64,000 nucleotides of DNA from Basidiobolus meristosporus CBS 931.73 (GCA_002104905.1 MCFE01000081.1:62001-126000); one strand, 5' to 3'. Shown: positions 13,497 through 26,113, numbered from the stretch's first letter. Numbers and translations: made by a program. The notes: generated by a model not told the origin, from the sequence alone.

Positions 13497-16400
13497 CCCT
13501 ATAAAAATTATTGAGATGATCCCTTCAAAAGGCCATCACAAAGTTAAAGTCCCATGACTAAGAGGTATTGATCCTGTAAGGACACCGTCCAGAGACCATT
13601 GAAAAATAGTTGCACCCCAGATTTCACAAAAAACTTAGTTAAAAATATTTATCACAACAATGTATACGTGGCTGTTGATTGGTTCCCTGCCAATTTGCTT
13701 ACTTTTTGATCCTGGATACTCTATTGCCTCCTACGTTTGTGTGAATTGATTGGCTATTGCCTCTTTTTCACACTCCTTACATCCTGACTTAACTGTTTCT
13801 CTTATGTTTCATGCCTACATATTGATTTATTACTGTTGAAACTTCAGTTGTACCCCAATTACCAATTGTATTGGCCTATACAAGTCCCTATACCTTACAC
13901 TAGCATTAAGCCCAACCCCACACTCCACAAGTAACTCCATTAAAATCCACCACTCAATAGGTATTTCTGCTGTAATGCTCTGGTTCCACAACTTTGGTGG
14001 GAACCCAAAAGCTTTATGCCACTGTACATTCACTGGTTCCCACACATCCTGGTCTTCAGCCGGCACTGCAAGGTCTAGCTCCTCATCTGCCAGCCTTTGC
14101 AACAAATCCTTGCTATATTCCAGTGCGTTTTCTTGAGCACTGCTCTTGAAGAAGCGCTGCAACCTCTTGGTGTGCCTATTGATGTTCCAAAACTCCACTA
14201 AAGGCATTGTGATAGTCTTTTCAGCTCTTGATGTTATAGCCTTGTCTGTCAGTGGGATCTCCACTCTGTCAACAATGGAGGATGTGGAGGCTGTAGTAGA
14301 CAAATTGCCTTTTTCAGCAAACTCATCTACCTCCCTGGAGTGTAGCTCAACTGGCTGAGCTTCCAACTCTTGTGAAAACAGATGTTTTCTTGTTTGTAGT
14401 TCTTCTTGGCTATGATGGGATTTGGTCTGATCATGGCTTACAGCATTAATTGGCAAGAGCTGCAGTTTTGTCTGCATGCCTCCCTGACTCATGCTTAGGT
14501 AGACATTTTTCCCATTACCTTGTCCTTTATCACTGCCAGGTCTTTCACTGCTACTTTGTATGAGTGATTCTTATAAAGAGCTATGTTTTCTCCTGGATAA
14601 ATTCTGCTCTGACGCATCTGTTTTGGCCTGCTTGTCCCTTGCTGGCACTCTTCAGGCAACCTGACATTTCTTTTCCGCTTGTTTTGGGCTCTCAACCATA
14701 GTTGTGATAGACTCCTTTTAAAGCAGCTGGTTCTTATCACTACCAAGTCCTTCACTACTACTTTGACTGGGTGCTTCTTGAATGGTACTGCGCTGTCTCC
14801 TTAATAAATGTTATGCTGGTTCATCTGTTGTGGTGGTGTAGAGGTACTCCTGGGAGAAGCTACACAACTCAAGGTGAGTGAGGTGTCTGATGGGTGCAAT
14901 AACCTGTGTGTCTAAACTGCAGGTGTCTTTGTCAATATGTCACTATATTAAAAGCTCCTGCTTCTCTAGCTTCCTAGGTGCTCCAAGTGTCTCCAAAGGC
15001 CTCTGTGTGTCTTGTGCACTACCCTGAAAAGCTCCTTGATGGCAGGTCTGAGATGTACTGTCAAAGGCAGGTGTAGTGATCAACTGCTAATCAATAAGGT
15101 AGAAGTGTTACTGATAGAAGGGATGATTTATTGATGAGGGATTGCTTTCCCTGAAATACTTTTCCTGATTGCCAAGTGATTACTGATGACAAGGTTCTAG
15201 AAGATTCTAGGCATTTGTGAAATTCTTGATGAGGTCACCATGAGCCAAAAATATGCCAAGAATGTCCTGGAAGGTTCTAAAAGGCACTGCATATCCAACC
15301 AATCAGGAATCGGTAGTCTGAAACCTGAGCAGCATAGAAATACCATATATGGTATTGAAATGGTAAGGATGGTAACACAGACCTAGGTCATGTGTCACAG
15401 GTACTGACAGGGGTACTTGCCATATGTAGATACATATTTAACTAACCCTAACCCTACCACACTGTGTCTGCCTGCTTGTCCCTAATTGGCACTCTTCCAG
15501 CTACCTGACATCTCTTTGACACTTGTCTGGAGCTTTCAGCCCTGCCTGTAACAGGCACTTGAGGAAGCCACTGTTTTTTAGCCAAAGCACCCTTGTTCTT
15601 CTGCCTTTGACAGTTTCTGCTATTCTTAAGATACTTTCTTAGCATACCAATGCTGGCCCAAGATCTGTTTGCCCATTTGAGTCCAGGATAATGCGCATAG
15701 CACAAGTCAAGTGCATTCTGCTTGGCCTTGAGTTCCTGATGGTCCCATTGTATGTCAGCCTTCAGGTGATGGCATGCTAGACTTCTGGCAGCCTGTTGTA
15801 TATTAGCCCACTCTTCATTATTGCACTCAACAGCATCACAGATCTTCAGTGTCTTTTGATTTTAAGCTTTGGTATACACACCACATTGTCTCCCTCCCGT
15901 GCTGTGATAGGTTTTTCTGTGAGCTTTATCTTTGGGCACTGTTGTTGTGCTTCAAAGACTGTACAGTGTATCTCTGCTGTTACATCAGGAAATGGCTCAA
16001 TTCTTGGCTGTGACATTGAGCTACTTAAGTTCCTTCTTTGCAGCAAAGATACTGCTTTCTCTACCTGGGATATTAATTGCTCTACACATATTATCTGCTC
16101 ATCCTGTTTCTGGACTATTTCCTGATTTCTCTGGGCCATTGCATCTATCCTATCAGCCACTGCACCTAATTGCTTCATTTAAGCTTTGTATGAGCTGACA
16201 ACATACTTGCTAAAATGGGAGGTGGTGATGTTATCATGGCCACTTGCTGATCTTCCATTGAGGGTACTGCATTTGCTACATTCTCATCTGCCTGAGAATA
16301 ATGGTCAGCTTGTGGCTCCACAGAGGTTCTCATTACCTACTTGACTGAGAGCCTGAGGAGTCTGCATTATTACCTTCAATGGGCACACTGTCCACAAGGC

Positions 16401-17044
16401 CTTTTTTGGATGTAGCCCCACTTGTTGCACTGAGTGTCAAAGCAGGCTGTTGTCCAACTGTTCTTCTGTTGCCCTCAGTGGTGAGGTTTGGTTGAGAACC
16501 AGACAACTTTGCTTTATTTTTTGGTAGCATATATATGGAAGTGAGTCAAACCAAAGGGAAAATAGTGTTACATATACATGTGTATTTGGTGCCATAACTT
16601 TATCTAAAATGCTTACTATGGCAGGTCATCATTGAATCTTACATTCATGTAGGTGCAATGTTGCAAATACAAGACTGTTGGGCTATCAATCTGCCAATAT
16701 AAAGCTATCAGAGTCTTGCTGTGAGGCTGTCAAAATACTGTCAAGTTTCTTGGCATATAAGGCAGTTAGATGTCCTGGCCAATTGGATCTACTTAAAATA
16801 GTTAAAGAGCGCTAAAAGATCACAACAATACCATTCAAATATTGTCACAGCACCAATAAAATAGTGTCAAGTTTTATCCCTTTATTTGGTTGCAAAATTA
16901 GCAAAATACCAACATGATCCTGTCACAAGATTGTTAGGAGGGTCACTAATTCCAAGCTGCTGGTATTATGATGGTCTCTAAATGGGATCCTGATGGCTGA
17001 TCCAAATTGGATCCACCTGCAGGACCAAACTATTTTTGATAGGG
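13497..17044 (-). mobile_element. Full-length TIR element of the EnSpm/CMC-like CCCTA family (3548 bp), carrying decayed ORF X and no recognisable transposase
   Basis: Termini CCCTATAAAAAT / ATTTTTGATAGGG; 3-bp TSD ATA (13494-13496, 17045-17047); flanks rejoin into a copia protease/GAG-pre sequence. Confidence 0.85.
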
Positions 17045-17240
17045 ATAGAACACTTGATATAGCTGAAGAAGGAACTATCCAGGTTAAACTCAGAAGCACT
17101 GAAGGAAGCCACACATCCACCTTCAACAAAGTACTCTATGTGCTAGAAATTTTCAAGTACCTACTATTTGTAAGCTAGGCCACAGCAGAAGGACTCAGTT
17201 AAAGTTTTGACAATTCTGGATGCAGAATCACTGATCAAAA
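17045..17240 (+). mobile_element. Continuation of the plus-strand copia fragment
   Basis: RTLDIAEEGTIQVKLRSTEGSHTSTFNKVLYV matches copia B RTPNAAGEGTIQVNLRSSEGGHTLTFKMVLCV. Confidence 0.8.
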
Positions 17241-18879
17241 TTATGATCTGTGTGGACCTATACAATATTAATCCTTAGGCAGTGTGATGGGGTCATAGTG
17301 ATACCCACTGATAGATGTGTTCATTCCCATATTCTCTACTTCCCTATTGTCTATTGCCAATGCTTTAGTTTTATCACATTTGTCTTACATTATCAGTACT
17401 ATCCCATAAGCTGGCTAACTACATTACTGGCTTATTGAATGTATAAGTTATTCCTCACTATATGAGGATTACTAGATGTAGGTGCTGCAATATTAGACAA
17501 ATACCCATGCCATTAACTATGACACATGACCAAACTATGTCACCATTCCTACCACTATCATCCAATATATGGTGTCTCCATGTTACACTGGTTTCAGAAT
17601 ACTGTTCCCTGATTGTTTTGGTGTGCTCTGACTCTTAGAGCCTTCCAGCATCTACTTAGGACATTTATAGCTTATTCTGATGTCATTAAGATTTCTATTG
17701 ATCTCTGGAGCCTTCTTTAACACCATAATTAGTAATCACTAAGCCAGTGAGAAAAAAATATAAGGGATGCAATCCCTCAACAGTAAATCATCATCCCTTT
17801 TATCAATAATCCAGCCTGTTGATTAGTGTGCTCTCTGCTACTTGCTGCTGCCTGAGCTTCCAGTCCCACACCACAAGATGCTCCCAGGAAACCATGCTGA
17901 CAGCCAACTGGCCTTGGAGGCACTACTTGTGAGGAGTACTCAGAGCCGGTATCTTTTATTATATTTGGTTATATCACAAATCTGTTTGTGTGCAGGCAAA
18001 GATATATTTCTGTCTTTGTAACTATTGGCCACAGCTGCACTCTTATCAAGTCCCTGCTGGTGGTGTTTACAGTTGTTTTGACTTTGGAAGCTTTAGTATG
18101 TCAGTACTAAATGTAGTACCCACTGTTTCCCCAAGATTTCTCCCCAGAGCCCTACCTAAAGTCCCCCTGTATCCTCCCTACAATTCCCCCACACATCCTC
18201 CCTCTTATTCCTGCCCTTATCTAGTTAGAGCACTTACCATAACACAAAGGTGTTCAAACCCCTATTTTATAAGATATTGTCTATTATCTAAGCCTGTTCC
18301 AAGTGATATATATATATCTGATTGAACCAAGTGAGAGAACAACAAGATTTGGATGGAATAAACACAAGTCTTTATTACCTTACTACCTTTTATTGGAAGC
18401 TATTCTGAGCCAAGTGGTACTGACTTGACCTCCAAGCTCTCCCACTCACCAAGTACAGTCAGCAATAGCCCAAATAGTACATTGTTGGCTCAAAGGACAT
18501 CAAACTCAGCACACACTTTTGTTAAGATGCCAACTCAGTTAGGAATTGTAGCTCAATAGTTTTCCTTTGATAAGCTTGTGGCTTTATTCCCCTTCACATT
18601 AGAGTAGGGACAAAATCCAAGTATTCCTAGCAAGCTTTTGCCAGAGGTTATTGCACCCAGTGAACACCTCACACACAAAACACTTGATAAGTGTTGGATG
18701 TATTTCTCCCTTGGACTTATTTACTACCACACATTTGACACCTAAGATGGGGGGCTCTTACAGGCTCCCTAGGATGCTACAAGCTTTACCAAAAGATTTG
18801 AGCCATGATCCACCCATTGAAAAGAGACTATTAAAATTATCAAGATTATAACACCAACCTACCAATCAAATGAATTCTG

Positions 18880-19290
18880 TGCCACTACCACTCTCACATG
18901 GAGCCCCACAGTTTAATGAAAAGAGTGTTCATTCATTCAGTAGTGTGAAGACATGGCCATGCCACTCCTAGAGTTCCAGGTCATAACTGAGCTTACAATC
19001 ACACTTTACCTTGCTGAAGGACTTCCTCAGGACTTGACAAAGAAAGCTGCCCTATATGCAACCAAGGATGACAAGTTGGTCATTCAATGCTTTGAAGTTA
19101 TGAAATGTTTCATCCTAGAGTCCAAACTAACTTCCACTTTAATGAGACTCTTGAAGTCTGATCTGCCAGACCAGTTATCTAAGGAGCCAAGAAGTGCTGC
19201 TTCTGACAAGCAAACCTACACTGCCAGGCTGCAGGCTCAAAAAATCAGTATATGGTTTAAGTAATCATCAAGAGCCAATGTAGTATCTAA
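18880..19290 (+). mobile_element. Possible Gypsy gag-like remnant abutting a short copia RT motif
   Basis: APQFNEKSVHSF resembles gag APKFxGxNV; at ~19229-19280 CRLKKSVYGL(K)*SSRA is a copia RT motif. Confidence 0.35.
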
Positions 19291-20029
19291 GAGAAAGAGT
19301 ATAAAACCCCTCAATGGCTCAACTGAGCCTAAGGGATGACTAAGTGCCAAATCTGAGAATTGTTAGAGAGTGACAAAAATACTAGCAGAGATAATATGGT
19401 CCAATATTTGTCTTGTATATAGGAGGTTTTGGCTATAAAAGCCACAGAGTTGGTTTGCTATGCAGGCAAAGCTTAGTGTTCTGGGAAATTCTAGATATAC
19501 TAGTCTTGGGTAGAAACTTGATTGGAATTGTTAAATTCTCAATTTTGCTGAGATACAATCTTAATTTTGTTGAAACACACACTAAACCAGAAGGTTCAAT
19601 CACCTTTATTTATACCTTTCTGATCAAGTTGAACTAGTAAGCTCTAAAAGACTGGACTAATTGGAATCAGCTTGGTGTTGATAGGTACATAAGATAAATG
19701 AAAACTGCATCTTCAATCAACTGATGTCTTGGCAATTACTAAGTGGTTGGATATATCTTAGATGACTGATTGCTTGGAAAGACTTAGCAGATCAGTTGAG
19801 GATGTAATGACCACATGAGGATTGATCAGGTGTGGCAGCTAAAATAGATTCTGAGCAGTGATAAAATAAACCATAGCTGGGATTAATTATGTTTGGGTTA
19901 GGGAAATTCAGTTAGGGTACTAGATTTTCTGATGGAATGAAATTGGCTAAGCTTTAAATGCTGATGCACCATAGCCTGTGCTTTAAAGATAGATTCTTAT
20001 TTGGAATCACTGAGTTTCCAATGGAGTAC

Positions 20030-20660
20030 TACTGACTAAAGTATGTACAATCAGCCAGATAGAGTGAATCCAGCTCTATTGGCACTATATGCGGATGATA
20101 TATTTATATCCACCAATAACCGCAAGATATTGGAAGAGACTAAATCCAGCCTATCTAAGGAGGTCAAGATGTCTGATCTGGGAGAACTCAGTTACTGTAT
20201 ATGCATAAAGCTCTCGATGGACAGATGTACCCATATTATCACCCTAAGCCAATCCAAATATATTTAAGATATACCAAGGAAGTACCAAATAGATGACTAT
20301 AAGCCAGTTGCCACCTCAACAGATACAAACCTTAACTAGGTCAAAACTCAACTAAATCAAGAGAGCTTGATGCTATCTCAAAGCCTGTGGTTACCTTGCC
20401 AATCTATGGTCAGCAGTCTGTTATATATCAAGCTTGGAACATGTCCAGATATCTCATATTCAGTGGGAGCTGTCAGCCAGCTAAATCAGAACTATGGATC
20501 TGATCATATTGTGGCAGTGAAGTGGATTTTAAATACCTAAAAGGAACTGCTGATATCTGTTAAAGATACATTTATAATGATTCAGAGCAGAATCCTGTGG
20601 GATATTCTGATGCTGATTGGGACTAAACTTGGGTGACAAAAGATTCACCACAGGATACTT
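20030..20660 (+). mobile_element. Copia RT / RNase H fragment
   Basis: LLALYADDIFI...EVKMSDLGELSYC...LSQSKYI; later GYSDADW. Confidence 0.9.
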
Positions 20661-20789
20661 TTTGAAGAGTTTTGAAGATATTGGAAGCAATTTAGAGAAC
20701 AACTAGATTATGTGATTTTCACTTGATGATTTATTGAATGTAAAGAAAGGTGTATCCTGTGATAAATCTTCTATCTTCTTAATTTTGTT

Positions 20790-22492
20790 CCCAATCAGCA
20801 TCAAAGAATCCCACAAGATCCTGGAAGCTGTATATTGGGCAAGTGTAAAACAGAACTTTGCAGATATCCAGAAGGTATTTATGGAAAAGTGGTGGCAACC
20901 AGGTTATGCTTGCTTGATTTATATGTTACCATCAATGCAAGGTGTGTGGTTACTTTGCAAGTATCACACTGAAGAGCCATAAAGTTGAGGTGATAGTAGT
21001 TTGTCAATTGCAGTGGGTGTGCATGTATGTATAGGTTAGAAAGCAGGAGGACATAGGATTTTTGATTTGAACTATATGTGGAATACCCATGGTAGTAGTG
21101 GGTAAGCAAACAAACTGGGGTGACTCTGTTGTAAGAGTCTTGGAGATATTGGAAGTGATTGGGAGAACAAGTAGATTATGAGGTTTTCACTCAATGATTT
21201 ATTGAATGTAAAAGTAGTATTTATACTCTACATGGTCTTGGCATAATAAGCACATAGTACTGGCTAAGGAAGGTCCCAAGAGCATGTATGCAAAGTTTGG
21301 GGCTGTTTGGACAACTTTGAGAATTTTCATGTTCTGGGTACCTGTTATTTAGGGGAAAATATTCCAAGTAAATCCCAACAAGGAATTTGGTTGGTATTCT
21401 CTAGGATATGAAGGTAATGATCTAAGTGACTAAGTTAGGTGAATATTTAGGTGGAAATACAAATTTTACAACAGCCCCACTCAGCTAAATGTTCATACTG
21501 ACTATTCCTAATTTTGACCTAAGATATTCAAACTTGTCTCTAGCTAATGGCTAGGTAAATATGTCTGCAATCATTTCATCTAAAGGGCAGTAAACTGATC
21601 TAACTAAGTTATTCTCTATAGCTTCATGTATGAAATGATGTCTAATATCTGTGTGCTTGGTTCTAGCATGAAAAGTTGGATTTCTACCTAATTGTATACA
21701 TCCTTGATTATCTTGAAATAAAGTAATAGGTGTTTTTTAACATAGGCCTAAATCTGTCAAGAGTTTTCTTAACCACATTGCTTCTTTTGTAGCTTCACAG
21801 GCTCTCCATATACTCTGCCTCTGTGGTAGAAAGTGCTATGGTTGGTTACTTTCTTGAGTTCCATGAAATTGCTCCTTTACAGCAAAGAAAGGTGTATCCT
21901 GTAGTAGATCTTCTGTCATCCAAATTTTGTCCCCAATCAGCATCAGTGTGTCCCACAAGATCCTGTTCTGAGTCCTTATAAGTGTATCTTAAGCAGCTAT
22001 CAGCAGTTCTTTTAGGTACAAATTTTTACAACAGATTCTACAATAGAATATGTGAATGGCATAAGGGGAGGTAGAAAAAGAAAACACAATTTGGTAAATT
22101 GGTATGATAGCATTATACATAACTAGCTTTAGGCCGCTGTAATGCAGTTCTAATACTAACAGAGGTCCATGAAGAGGCCAGCAAACACTATCAAATCTTT
22201 TACCATACAAGGCAATTGGATGTACTAGCCAGCTGAGTCTGCTGAAACCAATGTAGAAAGCATTAAGACTGTCAAATGCCATGTAATTTTTGGCAAAAGA
22301 TCATCTAGACACTGTCAAGTTCTTAACTTTATTTGGCAGTAAGACCAGCAAAACACTGTCACAATCCCACCATACAGATTGTGTAGAGGGTCAATAATCC
22401 CAAACTGCTGGCATTATGATTGCCTTGTTGTGGAATCCTCATTGCTGATACAGATTGTATTCACCTATGGGACCAAACTATTTTTTGTAGGG
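20790..22492 (+). mobile_element. Third CCCTA-family fragment (paralogous to 4740-5462), interrupted by a copia derivative and ending at a right TIR
   Basis: Aligns by eye with 4780-5460; ends TTTTTTGTAGGG at 22492. Confidence 0.7.
21127..22033 (-). mobile_element. Internally deleted copia: ~15-bp stub of 5' LTR, RNase H, PPT and complete 3' LTR (21127-21473)
   Basis: TGTTG/CAACA ends, near-TSD GACTC/GATTC, RNase H motifs (RTKHTDIRHHF). Confidence 0.85.
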
Positions 22493-22509
22493 AGTATGTA
22501 CAGTAAAAC

Positions 22510-22926
22510 CCCTATGAAAAATCTTAAACTTGGAATTATATAATTTTTAGCTGGTATACTACTGGTATTCTGATGGTATTCAGCTGGTATTCAGCTGGTA
22601 TTTTTGGTAATGGGCAGCTCATGACCAAATTTGGCATGGATGCTAGTTGGCTTAGTCTCCTCCTGGAGAATTTGTTTGCTTGCCTGCCCATCAGCTAACA
22701 ACAGAGATATTGAGAGTTGTCAATTTTGAGAAACTTGAAATTCAGCTGAAATTATGATTGCATTTTGCTGGCCTTTTCTTAATTGTTTTTCTTAGGGAAC
22801 TCCATCACAAGATTGTGAAGAGGACCAAGTACTTCAAGCTGCTGGAATTATAATGGCCTTATTGTGAGATATTAATAGCTGCTCTGGACCAGATCCACCT
22901 GTGGGACCATATTGTATTTTATAGGG
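22510..22926. mobile_element. MITE-like ~417-bp element with CCCTA termini and CTGGTATT-type subterminal repeats
   Basis: CCCTATGAAAAAT ... ATTTTATAGGG; repeated (AG)CTGGTATT; no clean TSD. Confidence 0.65.
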
Positions 22927-22984
22927 ATTATGTAAATTGTAGATACTTTAAAAGAGCTGCTGATATATGCTTATGATAAAGTTG

Positions 22985-23331
22985 TTATTGTAATTATTCA
23001 GCAATCACCTAGTTTTCATGCTAACTTAGTCACATAGATTTTATTCTGTAATTTGCATTCTGTCCTAACCAAATTTCTTGCTGGGATCCACACAGAATAT
23101 TTTCACCAATCTATTAGGTACCCAGATTATGACCCTTCTCAGAGTTGTCCAAAAGACCCCAAACTTTGAATACATTCTTGGGACCCTTCTTAAATAGCCC
23201 TACACATTTGTTTATGATACTTCATCAAAAGTATAAATATCATACTCTATATCAATAATTCTACAGGTGGATAACATGTAAGTACTCTTGTTATCTACAT
23301 CCCTTCCAATAGTCCTCAGAATATTGAAACA
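22985..23331 (+). repeat. Degenerate ~349-bp LTR family copy (subtype 2)
   Basis: Shares CTTAGTCACATAGAT and CCTCAGAATATTG..ACA with 8069-8416. Confidence 0.7.
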
Positions 23332-23403
23332 ATTATAAGGATTAGAACAGGATTTTTTGTGACACTCTGATGCAGATTAGGGATCAAATCCAAGAGACAG
23401 AAG

Positions 23404-23752
23404 TGTTGTAAAAATCTGTAGTTCCACTTAAATATTCACCTAATTTAGTCACTTAGATCATTATCTACAAATCTTACTGAATACTGACCAAATTCCTTAT
23501 TGGGATTTACTTGGAATATTTTTGCCAAAGCATTAGGTACCCAGAACATGAGAATTCTCAAAGTTGTCCAAACAGCCCCAAACTTAGCACCCATATTCTT
23601 GGGACCTTCCTGAACATATTTTATGTGCTTGCTATGCCACAATCATGTTAAAGTATAAATACCACTTTTACATTCAAGTAATCATTAAGTGAAAACCACA
23701 TATTCTTCTTGTTCTCCCAATCACTGCCAATATCTCCAAAATTCTTACAACA
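23404..23752 (+). repeat. Solo LTR, 349 bp (subtype 1)
   Basis: TGTTGTAAAAAT...TTACAACA; similar to 12467-12815. Confidence 0.85.
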
Positions 23753-25349
23753 ATTTCCTCCACAAGCCCACAACAGCTTAAGCATATATGACATCCTTAA
23801 AAACACCTTGAGTGCATGTGTGCAAATATCAGGGTTGTTTGGACAACTCTGATAAGTATCTTGCTCTGGATACCAAGCATTTTGGTGAGAGCACTGTGTG
23901 AAAATTCCAACAGAGAGCAAGCCTCCCCAATAGCATTTTCCAACTTGCTTGCGGAAGAAAGCATATTATAATGGGATTCCACTTGACAAATCAGCTTTCG
24001 AAATGCCAAGGTACCCTGGGGTATGTGAGAAACTATTTGGTTCATGCAATTAGCTAGCAGCTTCCGTAGATATTAGGACTGGTGCAAAGCTTTCTAGCGT
24101 ATAATTGATAGATCTCACCAAACCAACAAAGTGAGACCCACTAAAACTCAAGCCTGGCCAAGACTTGAAAGTGGTTATCTGCAACCTTCCATAGATAAAC
24201 AACCCCAACTGGTTTTGGTAGCGCGGTTTCGGTAGGGCGGATAATGTCCCAGCATCAGTAATTCCATATGGAGATCATTAATCGACAATGAGAGTTGTGG
24301 CGACCAAGTTGCCCTCCAGCCGTATCTTGATACTCCAGCACCCACCATGAATCCAGATCAACGGCCAAATTAAGTAAAAACCGACCGAATAATCACGGAT
24401 GAACGGGATGGATGGTCGCCAATAAGCAGACATGCATCGCCTCAACCCTTGTATGAAGGGGCATTCGTTAAATGGCGCCAGAACCAACTAATTCCACGCT
24501 TTACGCTTTATAAAGATTCCCATCTATCGCAGATAGATCCATCTATCCAATCACACGGCTCACATGGTTCATGCTTTATGCTACATCCCCAACCCCCAAC
24601 CTGGAGCAAGAATTCACATGTGGCTTGAATAGAATTTGTCAGGTCTCGCCAAACTGTCGTGGTTGAGATAAGTTGCTCGTGTCACCAACCAATTTGCATC
24701 ATTTGTTTTGAGTATCGCCTCAGCCTGGGTGCTCCACAAAGAAATGATCTCGCCTGACTGCTAACCCCTAACCACGATGAAGACCGCCATACTTCAAGCG
24801 GAGGAGAAAGCCTGGTGCTATAAATGGCATGCTGCGATTGACATGGTCGATATCGTATGCACGTCTGCTGACCTATCGTGTTCATCATAACTTTCCTGAT
24901 GGATGGGAACAGGCGGCGTAAGTGGTGGAGAAATGACAATGAGCGGAGGTGGGAGGAACCAAGGGACAGCCTCGATTGTCACGAGAAAGTCAATTCACCG
25001 TAATTCCGGATAGTATTCATACGCTTCCAGGGCGTGATTGGATCGATACCTGTTGATCAATCCTCTGGTTCATAACGTGAATCATCTCTGGAGAGGTTCA
25101 AGTTGACCATAGTGGAACGTGAGACTAGCCACTGCAATCTCTTGCTCCCTGGACTCGTCGCCCCGGTCATGATTGGAAGCAGCCATATTGACTGTACTCC
25201 GTTCGGAAAATCGGCCCGCAAATTAAGCTTTAAGATTTACAAGATTATGAGCTGTCGCTGATTATTGGCTTAGGGTCGGAAAAAATGGTGATTGCTGAAC
25301 CATCAGAAGCCGGGTGAAATCCGAGAATTTAGCCAGGCGCCTGAGGTCA

Positions 25350-25356
25350 TATAAAA
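25350..25356 (+). promoter_or_regulatory. Probable TATA box of the cyclin gene
   Basis: TATAAAA ~50 bp upstream of the ATG at 25403. Confidence 0.5.
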
Positions 25357-25402
25357 GTGCGAGGGGCCACGCGGTTGGTGCTCTTGACTATTCTTCATTG
25401 CC

Positions 25403-26113
25403 ATGTCGACCGATGGTTGTGTGCATCCCTCGCTCCCGATTGTCCAGAAGGGGTGTCTAGTGAATAACCTAGTAGGTGAGTGGTGTGGTGCGGTGTGGTG
25501 TGATGTGACTTCTGACGACCTGGGCTAATGTTGACTTTCCTTTGCAGAGCATACGGTTCACCTGATCCAGTACATCTGGCCGAATAGCCTTACCAACTGT
25601 CAAGCCCTCCCCCTCAAGCTGTTTGTGCAAGAGATCATTCGACGCTCTGGGACCTCGTTCGCATGCTGTCTCACTGCCTTGTTATACATATTTCGAGTCA
25701 AGAAGGGAGTCAGCCAGCGAATCGCCTGCAGCGGGTCGGATCAGATGGATACAGGGCCCATGAGAAAGGATCCGGTTTTATGTGGCCGAAGAATGTTTGT
25801 CGCAGCATTGATCCTGGCCACGAAGTATCTGCACGATCGCAGCCTGGCGAACTCCATATGGTCTCGTCTATCGGGATTGAATGTGAAGGAAATCAACCGG
25901 AATGAGCTGGTCTTCTTATCCCTGATTGATTATCACCTCTACATTCCCTGTCCTCTCTTCACCTGGTGGTCTTCATTGTTTATCAGCAAGTCGGCTCTAG
26001 GCGCTCCTCCTATGCCCCCCGAACCAACCAACCCGAACCGCGCCCACAGAAAATACTCCCCCTATTCTTTTCCCACTCATCGCCGTGATGGCAATGTACA
26101 AACCAGGTCTTAA
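25403..26113 (+). CDS. Pho85-type cyclin, Pcl5/Clg1-like; 2 exons (intron 25476-25547)
   Basis: LKLFVQEIIRRSGTS and CGRRMFVAALILATKYLHDRSLANSIWSRLSGLNVKEINRNELVFL cyclin box. Confidence 0.88.

Noticed and set aside
19361-19740. Possible additional LTR starting TGTTAGAG
   Set aside because: I could not find a matching CA terminus, TSD or second copy
22550-22620. Short repeats that might resemble a CRISPR-like array
   Set aside because: Adjacent 8-10-bp subterminal repeats of a TIR element with no unique spacers; eukaryotic context
401-24045. Dozens of 60-130 aa ORFs in the ORF track
   Set aside because: They are antisense or off-frame shadows of TE coding remnants, or pieces between CpG-derived stops; not independent genes
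24278-25200. Minus-strand ORFs upstream of the cyclin gene
   Set aside because: No recognisable motif or consistent exon chain; probably intergenic or promoter sequence
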